The position numbers were made by a program, and so were the translations under genes. A DNA stretch of 64,000 nt from Raillietiella orientalis (taxonomy: Eukaryota). Positions 63,205 through 64,000 of this stretch are shown here, one piece after another. Where the stretch lies: the NCBI GenBank assembly GCA_036172245.1, contig JAYWIR010000110.1, positions 1 through 64,000 on the forward strand, written 5' to 3'. The notes beneath the pieces were generated by a model. It was not told the origin of the DNA, searched no databases, and was given only the letters and a program-made list of their open reading frames with translations. Every line of letters starts with the position of its first letter. Position 1 is the first letter of the stretch.

Positions 63205-64000
63205 ATGATTATTCAAAGAACATTTGCGATGTGAATGGTATTGGTTAGTGTGTCTTTCGTGACTTTGGTTGAGCGTAAGGTTTTAGGAGGAGTACAATGA
63301 CGCTAGAGGCCGGGTAAAGTAGGGGTTGGTATTTTTGAGCCTATTGTTGATGGTTTCAAAATTGTTGAATAAGGAACATTTTATTTAATGGATAGAAATA
63401 AAGTTGGTTATAAGTTAGTTCGTTGATTATGGTGTCAGTGATAGTGGGAATGTGATGATTCATGCTGAAAGTTGGGAGTTAGTGGGGAATGATAGGTTTA
63501 ATGTTGTTTGTGTGTTATTCAACGCAGAGGATATATATGGAGTATTAATGGGTGGCTGAGCCAGTAATAGGAAATATAGTTCTGTTGGTGTGATGCGTTC
63601 AGTAGCTCAAATGATTTCTTATGAAGTATGTATGATTGTTGTATTAATGGGTATAGTAGTGTGTTTGGGTGGATATCAATTAGATGTGGAGTTAGAGGAA
63701 TGCTTAGTATTTTGTAGGGCGTGTGGATTAATTGTATGTAGTGTTCTATGTTTAGTAGAAGTTAATCGTTTACCGTATGATTTTTTAGAAAGGGAATCTG
63801 AGTTGGTGACTGGTTATAATGCGCAGTATGGTGGTGTATTGTTTGTTTTTTTATTTTTGCCGGAATATGGATTTATCGTTTATTGAAGGTTGAAAACGAG
63901 TTGTTTATTTTTAGGAGGTTGTTATATGCTGAGAATCAAAACTTTATTTGTAATGTATGTGATTATTTGATTACGAGGGGTATTGCCTCGTTATCGTTAT
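63205..64000 (+). pseudogene. nad1: nad1 NUMT pseudogene, second lineage, truncated by the window edge
   Basis: As copy 4. Confidence 0.95.

Larger units (their letters stand above)
56921..64000. repeat. Tandem composite unit 5 (partial): B-type left part switching to unit-4 type at ~60310
   Basis: Matches unit 3 up to ~60310 and unit 4 thereafter. Confidence 0.93.
61125..64000 (+). other. NUMT copy 5 (runs off the window), same 16S deletion
   Basis: Same junction at ~62986. Confidence 0.95.

Noticed and set aside
63330..63545. Local burst of divergence in nad1 copy 5 versus copy 4
   Set aside because: Mostly 1-bp and homopolymer indels, typical of long-read consensus error; not interpretable without reads
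1..64000. CRISPR array, prokaryotic operon or defence system, Helitron, or active Maverick
   Set aside because: No repeat-spacer pattern, no intact long ORFs, no Rep/PIF1 motifs, and no integrase, ATPase, protease or TIRs seen

Overview
Eukaryotic nuclear DNA, probably arthropod (the T-arm-less mitochondrial tRNAs would fit a chelicerate or similar lineage). The whole window is a tandem array of about 4.5 copies of a 12-16 kb composite unit, with equivalent points at 1, 16117, 29447, 44808 and 56921. The copies derive from two diverged lineages (A and B) arranged as a ~28-29 kb higher-order repeat, with recombinant mosaics. Each unit contains, in order: (1) a heavily decayed Maverick/Polinton relic on + (pPolB polymerase half, minor capsid, small basic ORF, major capsid); (2) in two copies, a deleted Tx1/L1-like LINE inserted in the major capsid gene; (3) a ~3.6 kb NUMT (control region, trnV, 12S, 16S, nad1, trnT, probable cytb end); (4) a decayed piggyBac transposase on -; (5) a Gypsy-like gag/PPT/LTR remnant on -; (6) an orphan ORF of 167-221 aa on + behind a strong splice acceptor. 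The orphan ORF is the only part that stays open across both lineages, shows a synonymous excess, and carries a conserved LxxIxE-plus-acidic (PP2A-B56-type) motif; it is the best candidate for a novel amplified functional gene. All family assignments are by-eye motif alignments of frameshifted sequence against remembered consensus and need HMM/BLAST confirmation. Pseudogene and rRNA boundaries are approximate.
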